A stretch of DNA of 22,155 nt, taken from Octopus sinensis (lineage: Eukaryota). The stretch lies in the NCBI RefSeq assembly GCF_006345805.1, contig NW_021823648.1:1-22155 (forward strand), in the 5' to 3' direction. The position numbers and the translations under genes were made by a program. The notes under the pieces were generated by a model, which was not told where the DNA came from, did no database searches, and saw only the letters and a program-made list of their open reading frames with translations. Below, piece by piece: positions 10,211 to 21,900 of the stretch; the first letter of the stretch is position 1; every line of letters begins with the position of its first letter.

Positions 10211-10539
10211 TTAACCCTTTCGTTACCAAACCGCCCGAATTTACCTATTCATATTTAAATGAGAATATCAGAGTAAATCTCTTTAGTACATTCGTGAAAA
10301 CACGTATTATACTTCGTAAACACTTCAAATACAGTTTTGTACAAAAATCGAAGTGTAATTTTAATTCCGTGAATTATGGGAGATTTTTTTACGAAATTTG
10401 TTCCTATTGTGTTTTCAAAATTTGTAATTCTGACAAAAAATGGATACGAATTTCATTATATCAAGCAGCGAGTCAGAATTCGAAGGATTTTCTACTGAAG
10501 ACCTTCATAAATCTAACTCTATGACTGAAAAAAAAAGCA
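10211..10539 (+). mobile_element. piggyBac-like left end
   Basis: TTAA|CCCTTTCGTTACC (TTAA target plus CCC terminus); downstream codons SESEFEGFSTEDL resemble the acidic N-terminus of piggyBac transposases. Confidence 0.55.
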
Positions 10540-10917
10540 TCTTTATATAAGAGTGAAGTTGTGTGTCTGTCTCCTACGATTTAGATTCGTAACTACTCCC
10601 ACATTTTGCGGTGCAGTTTAACCAAAAGCGGGTATCTTATAGTCGTGATTCATATCGAGCCCTTCTGGGTATTAGCGCGAGTCTACGATTTAAAAAAATT
10701 TACCATCATATTTTTCCATTTTAATGCATTTTTTCGCTTTTATATAAGGGAAGTAACTCTCTAAAAATATCTACGATGTGTCAACGATTTAAAAAAATTT
10801 ACCTTAATTTTATTTCAATTTTTAATGCATTTTGTTGCTAATTTTTGGCTATAACTCTCTAAAAATGCTATATAGTTATTTCCCTTACAACCCGAGCAAC
10901 GCCGGGCGATACTGCTA

Positions 10918-10918
<1 letters not shown>
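10540..10918 (+). mobile_element. Complete 379-bp non-autonomous Helitron
   Basis: A|TC start (10539/10540), CCCG-AGCAACGC-CGGG hairpin (10891-10906), CTAG|T end (10915-10918), no TSD, internal direct repeat of about 100 bp (ACGATTTAAAAAAATTTACC...AACTCTCTAAAAAT twice). Confidence 0.85.

Positions 10919-10958
<40 letters not shown>
10919..10958. repeat. (TA)n microsatellite
   Basis: Seen directly. Confidence 0.95.
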
Positions 10959-10959
<1 letters not shown>

Positions 10960-10962
<3 letters not shown>

Positions 10963-11700
10963 TTGTGTTTACGGGTAAGTGTTTGTGGTTGCGACGTGGA
11001 TAATATGTATGTTTGCATGGGGTAGGTGTTTTTCGGTGGATGTGAATAGATGGAGGAAAAGAAAGATATTTTATAACGCATGCACTCGTGTTTATCCGAA
11101 ATGGAAAAGATGTTCACGTGTGAACGGGGATATTTTGGGTGGTGGAAATTGTATGAGGTTTGAGTAGGACAATACGGGAGACGACGAGATGCAGAGAAGT
11201 GGTGGGTAACCGTCGATGAAATGTTGTTTAGTCGATCATACGAGAGTCAGTGGCTAAAACTCTCGTTTAGACTCGGACGAATCAGGCTTACATAGACGTT
11301 ATGATCACACAGACTTTTTTTCATGCAATAAACGGAAGGAAAGGTGGGAGGAAAAATTATAAAATTCAGTGATGGCGTAGTGCTTAAGAAGAATGGACGG
11401 CGAATTGGGCGACCAATAAATGATACGTGTAGGGTTTGTAAAGAGTCGACTTAGAGCATTTTTAAGGAATGTGAGGTTAATTGGGGAAGCCGTTGGAAGC
11501 AGCAGTTTTGAATTGGAAGTTTCGGAATTACATTTTAAAGATATACTGGATAATTAATGAGGTGATGTGGTGCATGAAAAGAGCAAGGTTTTAGCGATAG
11601 GACGATTTCGGTGAGGCGGAGAAGAATAGAAGTGCATTCTGTACTCTGTTGTGTTCTCTCACTAATTTTTAGTCTCTATCTATTTTACTTAATGAATAAA
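10960..11700 (+). mobile_element. Old L1/Tx1-clade LINE 3' fragment
   Basis: Decayed frame FSDGVVLKKNGRRIGRPINDTCRVCKEST...IFKEC (11428-11472) resembles the ORF2 C-terminal zinc finger; then WIINEVMWCMKRARF and AATAAA at 11695-11700. 5' boundary uncertain. Confidence 0.5.
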
Positions 11701-12345
11701 GTCCTTAGCTTTTTCCATCAGTTACAGTGTGTGGCTTGTCCAGGCCTCATTCTACATTGTGCGTTCATTCCATTAACCATTTACAGTCATTGTCATCAAT
11801 TCTAATAGACTCTATTCAATTTAGCCAACACCTACGATCATTGGGCACTCTAGTTAATGATAGTCAAGTGGCCACTATTCAGCTCTGGTCACTCACGTAC
11901 AGTACCACCATCCGTAGCCAGTACACTTGACCACAAGTTAGCAGCCTCGGTATTTGATATCTACAATCCAAAGCTGGTCAGCCTGAAATTCTTGATCGCC
12001 ATGGTGGTTTTCAGTCCAGCCCCGATCTGTAATTTAACGTATAGATATCTATATTCTGTGGTTAGACAACCTTCTTTTCATTTGTTCCGTAGTAGACAAC
12101 ATTTAGAATTCTAATTTGAACAATTACCTAGAAAGGAGTAAGCAGTATTGTGCAGTCTCTATAGGGTCTATAGGTATCGTTTCAAACGTGATATATCAAA
12201 TGATTTGCTTGAGTGTGCGTGCGTGCGTGTGCGTGTGAGAAACGGAAAGAGAGGGGGTGACACAAAGAGAAAATTAGAGGAATAAAAAGAGAAGAAGAGA
12301 AAGACAAAATGAGAAAGAGTGGACAGAAGTGTAGTGTATACTAAC

Positions 12346-12420
12346 CGTTATATACAAGGCTTGAATTAGTAGGACAAGTAGTTCTGCCCCACCGGGTATA
12401 CAATGATCCGGGACCGGGTT
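12346..12420 (-). CDS. Short-chain collagen C4-like protein, penultimate 75-nt exon
   Basis: TTTCACAG|AA CCC...AAC G|GTTAGT encodes xPGPGSLYTRWGRTTCPTNSSLVYNG, the family's YxRWGRTTCP motif; phase 1-1; too short for the ORF track. Confidence 0.9.
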
Positions 12421-12799
12421 CTGTGAAATTAAAATGAAACAATTTAGTTTAAAAGAAAGAATTCTTGAATCCTATACAAAGGAAGTTGTTGGCTTGGAAG
12501 GAATTGATAAAGAGGAGAGAAATTTAGAATTTAAGAGAAAAAGAATGAGTGAATGAATGAAAATCGGAATGAAAGAAGTAAATGATTCGCTAAGAATAAA
12601 TTTTAAACGAAGAAAATTAGTCATTTGTCTATTGAGCCTGTTGTTGACGTTGATGTCAAAGATTTGAGAGATTAATCTCAGAATATCAGAATGTGTATTT
12701 GTCTCCCTTATGAACGGATGTTAGTTTTGTAGTTGAACTTGGATGTGAGTATATATATATATTTGTGACCATCATAACGATAAAGTTCTTCTTTTATAG

Positions 12800-14816
12800 A
12801 TATGTAGGCCATATTATCAATTCTTGGCACCTGATGGGCCAGTTACAAATATCAGCTTGGTGTTTGGTGCGAATCAGGCCATCATAGCTACAATATGCAA
12901 AGGGCTCGAGGGAATAGCCATACCGCGTCATTCATCGAGTCGGATAACAGCATTTGCGTCCGGATCTTGGATGAAGGAGTCCATTTGGGAAATATTTTGC
13001 AGTCTCCACCCAAATCAATGTGGGATGCATGGGAAGGGAAAACAAAATATGCGCGTTCCATGACACCGAAGCCGGTCTAGAAGGGATCATCCGTTCATAA
13101 TTGAGAATTAGACTGTCAAAACCGGACGAGACAAATCGCTGCCTGTTATATATAATCAGTTTCCTCAAGAAAGCTTCATTGCTTCGGAGGCGCTCACTTG
13201 GAATTAGGTTGGAAACTCTACCGTGCAGGTGTGGTGCCAACTATGTCTGCACAGGCGGAAGTGGGATGCTCACAATCCCTGGCTTTCGGATTGGATTATG
13301 AGGTGAATCACACTAGGTATTAAGGGATACCTCCTGAAGCTCAAGCAGAATGAAGGAGTGGTGTAGCTGCTGGAAGTAAATGCACCCAATAGCGAGGGCA
13401 AATACAAATGCTTCCTTAACAAAGTCACTGCAGCTTTGGATATATTTGGGGTAAAGTCATTGTCTTACAAGGAGACTTCCGTGAACACTTTGGCGCTGAT
13501 AACCGCAAGAAGTATTGATTGGGTGGAATGGCGTCACACACCTTAATGTGGTGGCCATACTAGTCTTCTGGACTCTCTATGATATAGATATCGTTTTAAG
13601 ACATGGTTGTTTATAAAGGTACTTGGAATAGAAATGCTTAGTGACAGAAATTCTTGATAGATGTTGTTGTCGTCTCAGTCCTCTTTGAGTCTGTGCTGGA
13701 CGTTCGGGCTATAAGTAGTGGGGAGAGTTGTCAACTGACCACTACCAAGATGTCTGGAACCGGAAGATGACTACAGTTGGGAGAACCTAGTAAATTGGTA
13801 AGTCCAGTGCGACCTACAGAATAAAGTTGAAAGCAGTAGTGGATGATGGAATAAGAAATAAAATTGTGGATAATATTGCATCCAAATTGAGAGAGACCCA
13901 CATGAATAAACTTGGGCATCGAAATCGATTAGTGATTGTATTATTTTTGTCGAACTAAAGTCACTGAAAAGTGATAAAGCTGCTGGAGAGAAATACGTTC
14001 GTCTTGATAATTTAAAACCCTTAAATACTCAGGGTATTCCTTGAGTGACCCATGTATGCTAGGGGGAATGGATCTCAGGGAAAACACGAGGGCAATGTCA
14101 ATCCGGGGTAATAATCGCAGATTTTTTTAAGACAAAGTCTACACTACATGTCTAGAATAATTACGTTGGGAAATTGTCGCGTCCAGGACTACTGTCCTGG
14201 ATACAGTACACCCGACCAGATATTCGTTCGAAGGCAGATCTTCGAGAAAACGTTGAAATAATTCCAAGGGGAATACGCTGTAGACCACGTGCCGTGGGGC
14301 ATGTTGCGGATGGTTTACCAGGAAGGTGAGATTATTGGGCAAATACCTTTTACCGTAAAATACTCGTACGGATATCCAAATGTTTGTATTTGTGCAAAAG
14401 CCGAATGTTTTCAACATGGAGTTTGGACTTCAATAGAAGAGCGCATTGTTAGTGCTTCTTCTCACATTTCTTATGATCTGGTTGAGCAAGGCTCAGCCAT
14501 TTTAGAAGAAGTATCTCATTTCGTCTGTAAGGGATCGGTCGACTGCTATTTGCAGACGACATGCTGCTATCTGACTCATGTCATGTTCACTTTCGACATG
14601 CATTGAATGGGTTGGCTGCCGAGTGCTCCAAGGCAGGGATGACTAACACACACTCTGCAGGAAAGTGGAACATCGTTACTTCGGGAATCTATTCACGAGT
14701 GATTGGAAGCACAAGACTGAACAGATTGCTAGATTCTAGATATAAACGCATTGATGCGCTAGGTCGGGCATTCAATTCTCAGACGAACAATGGTTGGTAC
14801 ACTTATCGACGAAGCG
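12800..14816 (+). mobile_element. Decayed RTE-clade LINE (endonuclease plus RT remnants, 3'-truncated)
   Basis: Fragments GWKLYRAGVVPTMSAQAEVG, LLEVNAPNSEGKY, VLQGDF, LKSDKAAG, TDQIFVRRQIFEK, LLFADDMLL (FADD 14549-14560), HALNGLAAECSKAGM, RYFGNLFTSD; many stops and frameshifts. 5' boundary approximate. Confidence 0.85.
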
Positions 14817-15868
14817 CTGCACACACACACACACACTCATATACACACAATTAATGTCATAGTATAAAAGAGTAAAATTTTATAAAGGAAATTATTGTAA
14901 AGTAAAATGTATTTTAAAAGAAATTTAGACTAGTGTCTTAGTATATATTACTGAAGAAATATGAATAGTGATGTAGATTCAATTCAACTTTGGTGAAATT
15001 ATAAATCGTTAAGGAGACACGGGTGAATGACTTCGGCTAAACACTGTAGAACTGGAAGCTGGATACTTTATAATATTTAAACTCATTCCTGAACATTTCT
15101 TCAAAGTTATTGTCTTATACAATATAAAATTAGTTCTTACTTGGGGTGTCATCAGGTTTATCGTCGCAAGATTTCTTGGAGATGACACGGTTCTGTGGAA
15201 AAATAGAGAGTATTTATTATCGTTTAGAACTGAAAAGAATGCAATATATGACAACATTTTCGGACAACATTTCATGAAGATGTGGGTGACGTCGACATTG
15301 TCCATTCCACCAAATCTATTATATCGTGGTACATCTTGGAGGTTTGCTGGAACTGCATGCCTTTCTGTGAATCTGGTATTTCATTATTTCATGCTTGTAT
15401 ATGGCAAAGCATACACATTACATAAACAGCTAATATCCCTGTTCATTGTCAAGAGTAGACTAATTTTGCTCTCTAAAATCGCTGGTAGTTTGAAGATTAC
15501 TAGAAACGTAGACTTGCGCATTCTGCTGACGTACAAGAAAGCCTGACGCCAACCTTTTATGTACGGCGTCCTAATCCGCAGTAGGACTTTTCCACTGCGT
15601 CCTTTGGAGAAACTGTCAAGGCAATAGGATGCAATATTTAGAAGTAGTTTGAATTGATGTAAAAGCTCTATTGCCTTGATATTGTTTAGTATATTATCCA
15701 TCATGATCACTGAAGAGTCAGGCATTTCTAGCACTGGTGAATAATATTCCGGATTGAAGCTCGAAGGTCAATATATCATTTGGCGTTCAATGGAATATCA
15801 CAAATGTTTGTAAGAAAAATGTTTGGGAACATATATAGTAGGTTATAAATTGACTGCATACGAAAGGG
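14817..15868 (-). mobile_element. piggyBac transposase remnant
   Basis: Minus strand: SVIMMDNILNNIKAIELL (DN motif region) and PRYNRFGGMDNVD (YNxxMGGVDxxD motif); ACGAAAGGG at 15860-15868 reads CCCTTTCGT on the minus strand, the same as the 10215 terminus. Confidence 0.6.
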
Positions 15869-15914
15869 ATGAGGATTAGATATTTTGTACACGGGTGCTA
15901 TATAAACTGGTTAT

Positions 15915-16405
<491 letters not shown>

Positions 16406-16936
16406 AGTATTAGGGAATAAATCCAAACTTACAGGGAAAAATCAGATTTAGGATTGAATCCAATTTTATAGTAAAATATTATATTATATTAAATTAGAGA
16501 CAAAACCACTATTATGCAAATCAAACAAAGAAAGACTTAAGCCAATACATAAATTAATTTATATTTTTTAGAAATTTAACAATTATTAATATCCCCTTCG
16601 ATCGTTTCATGTCTTCTTTCATCATATCTTTGAGTAGTAGACATTCTTCAGGTGGTTTCAAAACCTAAAATATAATCAATATTTTTAAGATATAAATAAT
16701 CTATATAATCTAAAATAATAATTTACTTATAATAAACTCTATTATTAAATATGATTATATCGAAATCGACTATAATGTTAAATATTATCTTTAATTTATA
16801 AGGTAGAAAATCCATATTCTAATATTCATTTAAGTAAATATCTACTTATATAGATATTTGAAATGACTAATATATATAAATTATCAATGAAAATATATAT
16901 ATATATTATAATCAAGATCTAAAATAATCTTTTTGA

Positions 16937-17434
16937 GTGCTTTTCCAAGGGAGGAATTCGCCCGTAGGGGCAGTTTCAAACCCATTTCATTTCTGTAATT
17001 TTCTTGTAGAACGCTGGTCGCGTTCTTTTATGGATCAGCATTTTCCTAGTCTGGAAACGATAGGAGAAAAAAAGAACGTACGCACGCAAAGTGCAAACAT
17101 GAATATCGGTGGAATGAACGCTGCAACCACATGCGGAAACATTCCTGTCACCACCACCACCACCACTAACAACAGCAACCACGAAACTACTACTGCTACC
17201 ACCACCACCTCCACCACCACCACCACCACCACCACCACCACTACCACGACCAACATAAATGTTAAAAATAAAACTCACACGAAAACTATTGACAAAAACA
17301 AGAGCAACAACATGAACAACAATAAAAATGAACTATCTAATAGTGAAGATGTTAATACAAAAAAATCAACAACACCAGTAAATTTCGCTGACGTTCTTCG
17401 CCAGAAGAAGGAGATTGTAACATTTACAAATTAA
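16937..17434 (+). CDS. ORF1 N-terminal part (poly-Thr/Asn, NFADVL motif), separated from the rest by a frameshift
   Basis: Open frame with ATGs at 17030 and 17099, (ACC)n run 17149-17251; overlaps the downstream ORF1 frame at 17392-17434. Confidence 0.55.
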   Translation: MLFQGRNSPVGAVSNPFHFCNFLVERWSRSFMDQHFPSLETIGEKKNVRTQSANMNIGGMNAATTCGNIPVTTTTTTNNSNHETTTATTTTSTTTTTTTTTTTTTNINVKNKTHTKTIDKNKSNNMNNNKNELSNSEDVNTKKSTTPVNFADVLRQKKEIVTFTN

Positions 17435-18879
17435 GAGCTCATAGAAACAAGAGCTCTCTTTACAACCCGTGGACAAGATTTAGTGCTGCATACACCTCAA
17501 CACATAAAGCAGAAATAGAAAATAAGACAATTATTTATAAAATTATAAGAAAAAACAAAAAACTAAATGAACAGATTACAAAAACAGATGTAGAAAAATG
17601 CTTAAAAAACATAATGAAAGAAAAAGAATATATAAACTGGGGTCCCCAGTTTAACACAGTAGAGGTCCGCTTCCCTAACCAGGAAGTGGCAAAAGCTCAC
17701 TCTACTGAGTCTCTGGGAAATGATGAAATCATCATGGTCCCATACTATAAAAACCAGAGAGTGAGTGGAATCACTATTAAAAATGTACCTCCCGAGATTC
17801 CTAACAAATGGATAACAGTGGCAATGTGTTACCATTTAAAAAATATCAACATTTTGGAAACCGCCGTGTACCTTGGCGACATTTGGGGTGGGAAGACAAT
17901 AGTGGTGACCAAACAGATTGAGGGGGCCTCTATCGAGAGCCTACCGGATAAGATCCACTTGGAAAATGGGCAATGCCTATATGTTGTAGCAAAAGGCAAA
18001 AAGCCTAGATGCTACAACTGTGGCAGCCCCGAACATTTAATTGCCAAGTGCGCTCTGTTACAGAAAAAACAAGAAAGAACAAATCAGAAAACAAATAAAA
18101 AACCCTTGTTGCCAACACCAACACCAACACTCTCAATTATGGAACAATGCCAAGAAAAACAACAAACCAGCAAACAAACCCCAACAACATCACCAAGAAA
18201 AGAAACAGTACCAACACAATCACCGTTGACGTTGTCTCTTCTAATTAAACATGTTGAATCAACAAAAAATAGACAAACACCCACACCCAGGACGACAATT
18301 AAAAAGACAGAAAACAGTGACGAGAAGACAAATTCTACACCTAACACCACAACAACACAAACACCGCACAAAACATCAACAATTTTTACAAGCATACATA
18401 GTAATGCAAATGCTTTGCCTTTACCTTCTACTGATACGTCGGACGACGAAAGTTCGACGGAATGGCAAATAGCCACAGGGGGTAAAAGGAAAAGATCCCA
18501 AAAATCCACCAAACAAGGAAGTAAAGTAGGGAGATATCTAACTCCAGACAACATTCCCCTAGACAAACAAAAAAGCTATGAAACCGTAAAACCACACACA
18601 CAACTAACTGCAATAGACACAGACAATAAAGAATTAATGGACTACATCACATCCAGCACGGTCATCTGTGAAGATGACTTTAAGAGAAACAATCATCCGC
18701 ACACCACACCACCGAAACACATCAGAATTTTACACATAACACAAGCACAACATCACATACTAAAAACAATATTTCCGAATGCGGTTGGCGGGTTTCAACG
18801 ATACCTGTCGAAAAAACTATACAAACACCTCATCAAAAACAATACAAAAGAAGAAGAAAAAATGAAACTTTTAAAATGA
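17392..18879 (+). CDS. LINE ORF1 nucleic-acid-binding protein (RRM-like plus CX2CX4HX4C knuckle)
   Basis: Frame is open from 17392, upstream of the track ATG at 17614; ITIKNVPPEIP motif; CYNCGSPEHLIAKC at 18010-18051; Thr/Pro/Lys-rich tail. Confidence 0.85.
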   Translation, partial: RSSPEEGDCNIYKLRAHRNKSSLYNPWTRFSAAYTSTHKAEIENKTIIYKIIRKNKKLNEQITKTDVEKCLKNIMKEKEYINWGPQFNTVEVRFPNQEVAKAHSTESLGNDEIIMVPYYKNQRVSGITIKNVPPEIPNKWITVAMCYHLKNINILETAVYLGDIWGGKTIVVTKQIEGASIESLPDKIHLENGQCLYVVAKGKKPRCYNCGSPEHLIAKCALLQKKQERTNQKTNKKPLLPTPTPTLSIMEQCQEKQQTSKQTPTTSPRKETVPTQSPLTLSLLIKHVESTKNRQTPTPRTTIKKTENSDEKTNSTPNTTTTQTPHKTSTIFTSIHSNANALPLPSTDTSDDESSTEWQIATGGKRKRSQKSTKQGSKVGRYLTPDNIPLDKQKSYETVKPHTQLTAIDTDNKELMDYITSSTVICEDDFKRNNHPHTTPPKHIRILHITQAQHHILKTIFPNAVGGFQRYLSKKLYKHLIKNNTKEEEKMKLLK

Positions 18880-18944
18880 GTAAGTGACCTCCCCTCTTGC
18901 CTCTTGTCTCTTCTAATGTAGTGTGTAAAACACAATTTCCGTAA

Positions 18945-21900
18945 ATGTCAAGTATGCTTAAATTAGGTTGTGTGAATGCGCGTGGCTTGGCGTCGGCTTG
19001 GAAGCAAGGTTACCTTCTAAACGACATCAAGTCACTAAATGTGGATATAGTAGCTATCAGTGAAACCAGACTCAGTAAGCCGCGGGCCCTCGAGTCCATG
19101 TTTGGCAATCAATTTGACATTTATTTTTCTCCCTGTCTGCCGGACATGGGTGGTGGAGGTACCGCGGTGCTTTTTCGAAAGAGTCTAAATGTAAAAATAA
19201 GAGCAATATTCCTAGACCCGGAGAGTAGGCTGGTTGTCTTGGACGTGGATGGCAGAAATGGGTGTGCATTCCGTCTGATGGCATTTTATGCACCATCCTT
19301 AACAGGTCGGGCGGATTTCTTCAGACGTCTAGAGGTTTTCCTGGGTACGTCTAGACCTTTACTGTTAGTAGGGGATTGGAACGCTACCTTGGACACGCAT
19401 CTAGATTATGTGGGAAGGGATAGGAATAGAAGGGGGTGTAAGAGCCTCAAAGACCTGTTCAGACGTTTCCATTTGTCTGACAGGTTCCGACTCGACCATC
19501 CGAACGTGCCAACGTGGACTTGGACAAACCGCGTCGGATCGTCGAGATCTTATCTAGATAGAATTCTATGCAGGACAGCGGATAGGGATAGTGTAGGATG
19601 TCCACAATTTAAAATAGTCAGCTACACAGATTACAAATTTGTTACGTGTACGCTCGACTTAGATAAAACACATAGGCAGGGTCCCGGTTACTGGAAACTG
19701 AACACGTCGCTGTTAGCGCGACAGGTTTACAGGAACCGGATTAGCGAGTTAATTAAGAGGGCGCTGACGGGAGCCGTCGTTAACAACCGCTGGTGGTACG
19801 CCCTGAAAATGGCAATAAAATCGGAATTAATTAGGTTTAGCAAGGAATTAGCGATAAAACGAAATAGAGTAGAGGGAGACTTGGTTAAGAAACTAGAAGA
19901 GGCACTTACCACTGGCAGCGCAACCAACGTGCTGGCTGCGAGGATGGCCCTCGACCAACACCTCAACGCCAAGCACGAAGGTTGCGTCGTCAGAGCTAAA
20001 ATGCGTGCCTTAAGGAACGAAGGGATCGAAGTTGCGCGAGAGGCCCGGGTAGCGGAGGAGCAGCGTGGCAACAGAGCCACCATTCGGTCTCTAATAGATC
20101 AACAGGGATGCAGTTTACTCGAACCCGAAAGGATGTGTGAGGCCTTTCAACAGCACTTTGCTCGACTGTTTGGTGCGATTGGTGGGTCGGAACGCGGGAT
20201 GGATTTCAGTGCCTACCTGACCGACCTGCCGCGGCTCTCAGCAAGAGAAGCGGAGTGTTGTGAAAGTCCCATCACAGCCGCTGACGTGTGGGATGCGATG
20301 GCGGGCTGCGTGAGGGATAAGTCGCCTGGATTGGATGGTTTACCCTACGAGCTGTTTTGTCGAATGCCAGACTTGTTTGGCGACCTCTTGGCATCAGTCT
20401 ACTGCAACTGGCAACAAAACGGGAGAATCCCCGGTTTCGTGAGCCGAGGTGCAGTAACGTTGCTGAAGAAAGACCGAAACAAGGGGAATTTTATAGATAA
20501 TTTCAGGCCCATCACTCTGCTCAACGCAGATTTGAAAATTTTGGCCAAAGTAATAGCCGAGAGGTTGGCGCTTGTCATTGGTAAACTAGTCGACAGGGCG
20601 CAAACATGCGCCGTGCCGGGCAGAACCATACATGACAACCTCTATCTGATGCGCTACATTGTGGACAGGGTAGTTAAGGATCCTGGCATGGGTGGGGCGC
20701 TGATAAATTTGGATCAGTCTAAAGCCTTCGATAGGGTCGACCATCGGTACTTGGCGGCCGTCCTCAGGGCGGCTGGCTTCGGTCCCGTCTTCCGCGGTTG
20801 GATCGCTGCCTTGTATAGCGGCATCCGATCGGTGATTCGGGTGAACGGTCACCTGTCGAAACCGTTTGACATCACGCGTTCGGTCCGTCAGGGGTGTCCC
20901 CTGTCGGCGCTTCTGTATGTATTGACTCTCGAACCGCTACTGCGGAAGCTGGCGACACTGAGGGGCATCCCACGGGAACTGGGTTGCGGGACGAGCGTGT
21001 CAGTATATGCGGAAGATGTCACCGTCATAGTGTCGAGCGACAAACACATCAAGATGATTGGCGAGACACTAAGAGAATACGAAACGGTGACGGGAGCAAA
21101 GGTTAACCCAGAAAAGTCAGTGGATTTGCTACTCGGCACCTGGAGAAGCAAGCCCATGCCGTCCGACTGCGGCTCAGTAGTGGGACGCTGGACGGACGGA
21201 CCGGTTAAATTGCTCGGGGTCTGGTTCAGTCCGGACCTCCAAATGGATAAGAACTGGGACGAGATCACGAGTAGAGTGGTCGCTCTCAGTCAAACATGGG
21301 CCGAGAGAAAGCTGTCTCTAAAAGGCCGGGCGGAGGTGGCGAACGCGTACATCGCATCCGTCATCGATTACCGCCTGACCGTCGTTCCTTGTCCCGACGC
21401 CACCATCACCAAACTGGAACGCATACTCTTCCGCTTCCTGTGGAAGTGTGGCGTTCCGATGGTGAGGAAGTCCATTTGCTGTCAACATCCGTTGAATGGA
21501 GGACTGGGCATGCCGTGGTTGATGATGCGCAGGCATGCGCTGAGACTGCGACATCTCTGGAAATTCATCGACGACGGTGAACAGGTGTGGGCGCCGTTTG
21601 TGAGGCGCGACTTCCCGCAGCTCGTCTCACCGACCGAACTGCAAACGTGGATCAAAAAGAGACCGAAACTGGGCGATTGGCACCGAGAGTGTCGCCAAGC
21701 TCTACAGCAGCTCTGCCGTTCGGGGTCAAACTTGTGCAACTTACAAACGACTAAAGCGTTCTATAGAGGACTAGTGGAGGGGAGGTCCGACGACACACTC
21801 GGGGCAAACCTGGGCGTCGACGAAGAATTCCTAACCCGCCTGTTCAGGACGACGTTCGGGCCGGGGCCTATGGATAACTTCCAGAAATCCCTGGCTTGGC

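Larger units (their letters stand above)
9351..12345 (-). other. Phase-1 intron (2995 nt) of the collagen C4-like gene
   Basis: Donor G|GTTAGT at 12345, acceptor CTAG| at 9351; joining gives SLVYN-G-VAGGQWY in frame. Confidence 0.8.

Noticed and set aside
11895-12030. Minus-strand AG...GTGAGT bounded segment as an alternative exon
   Set aside because: Stops in all three frames.
16590-16674. Minus-strand acceptor and VLKPPE peptide shared with 5711 (TTGAA-CCACC-GAAG)
   Set aside because: No usable phase-1 donor; an 18-nt match with 3 mismatches is compatible with chance.
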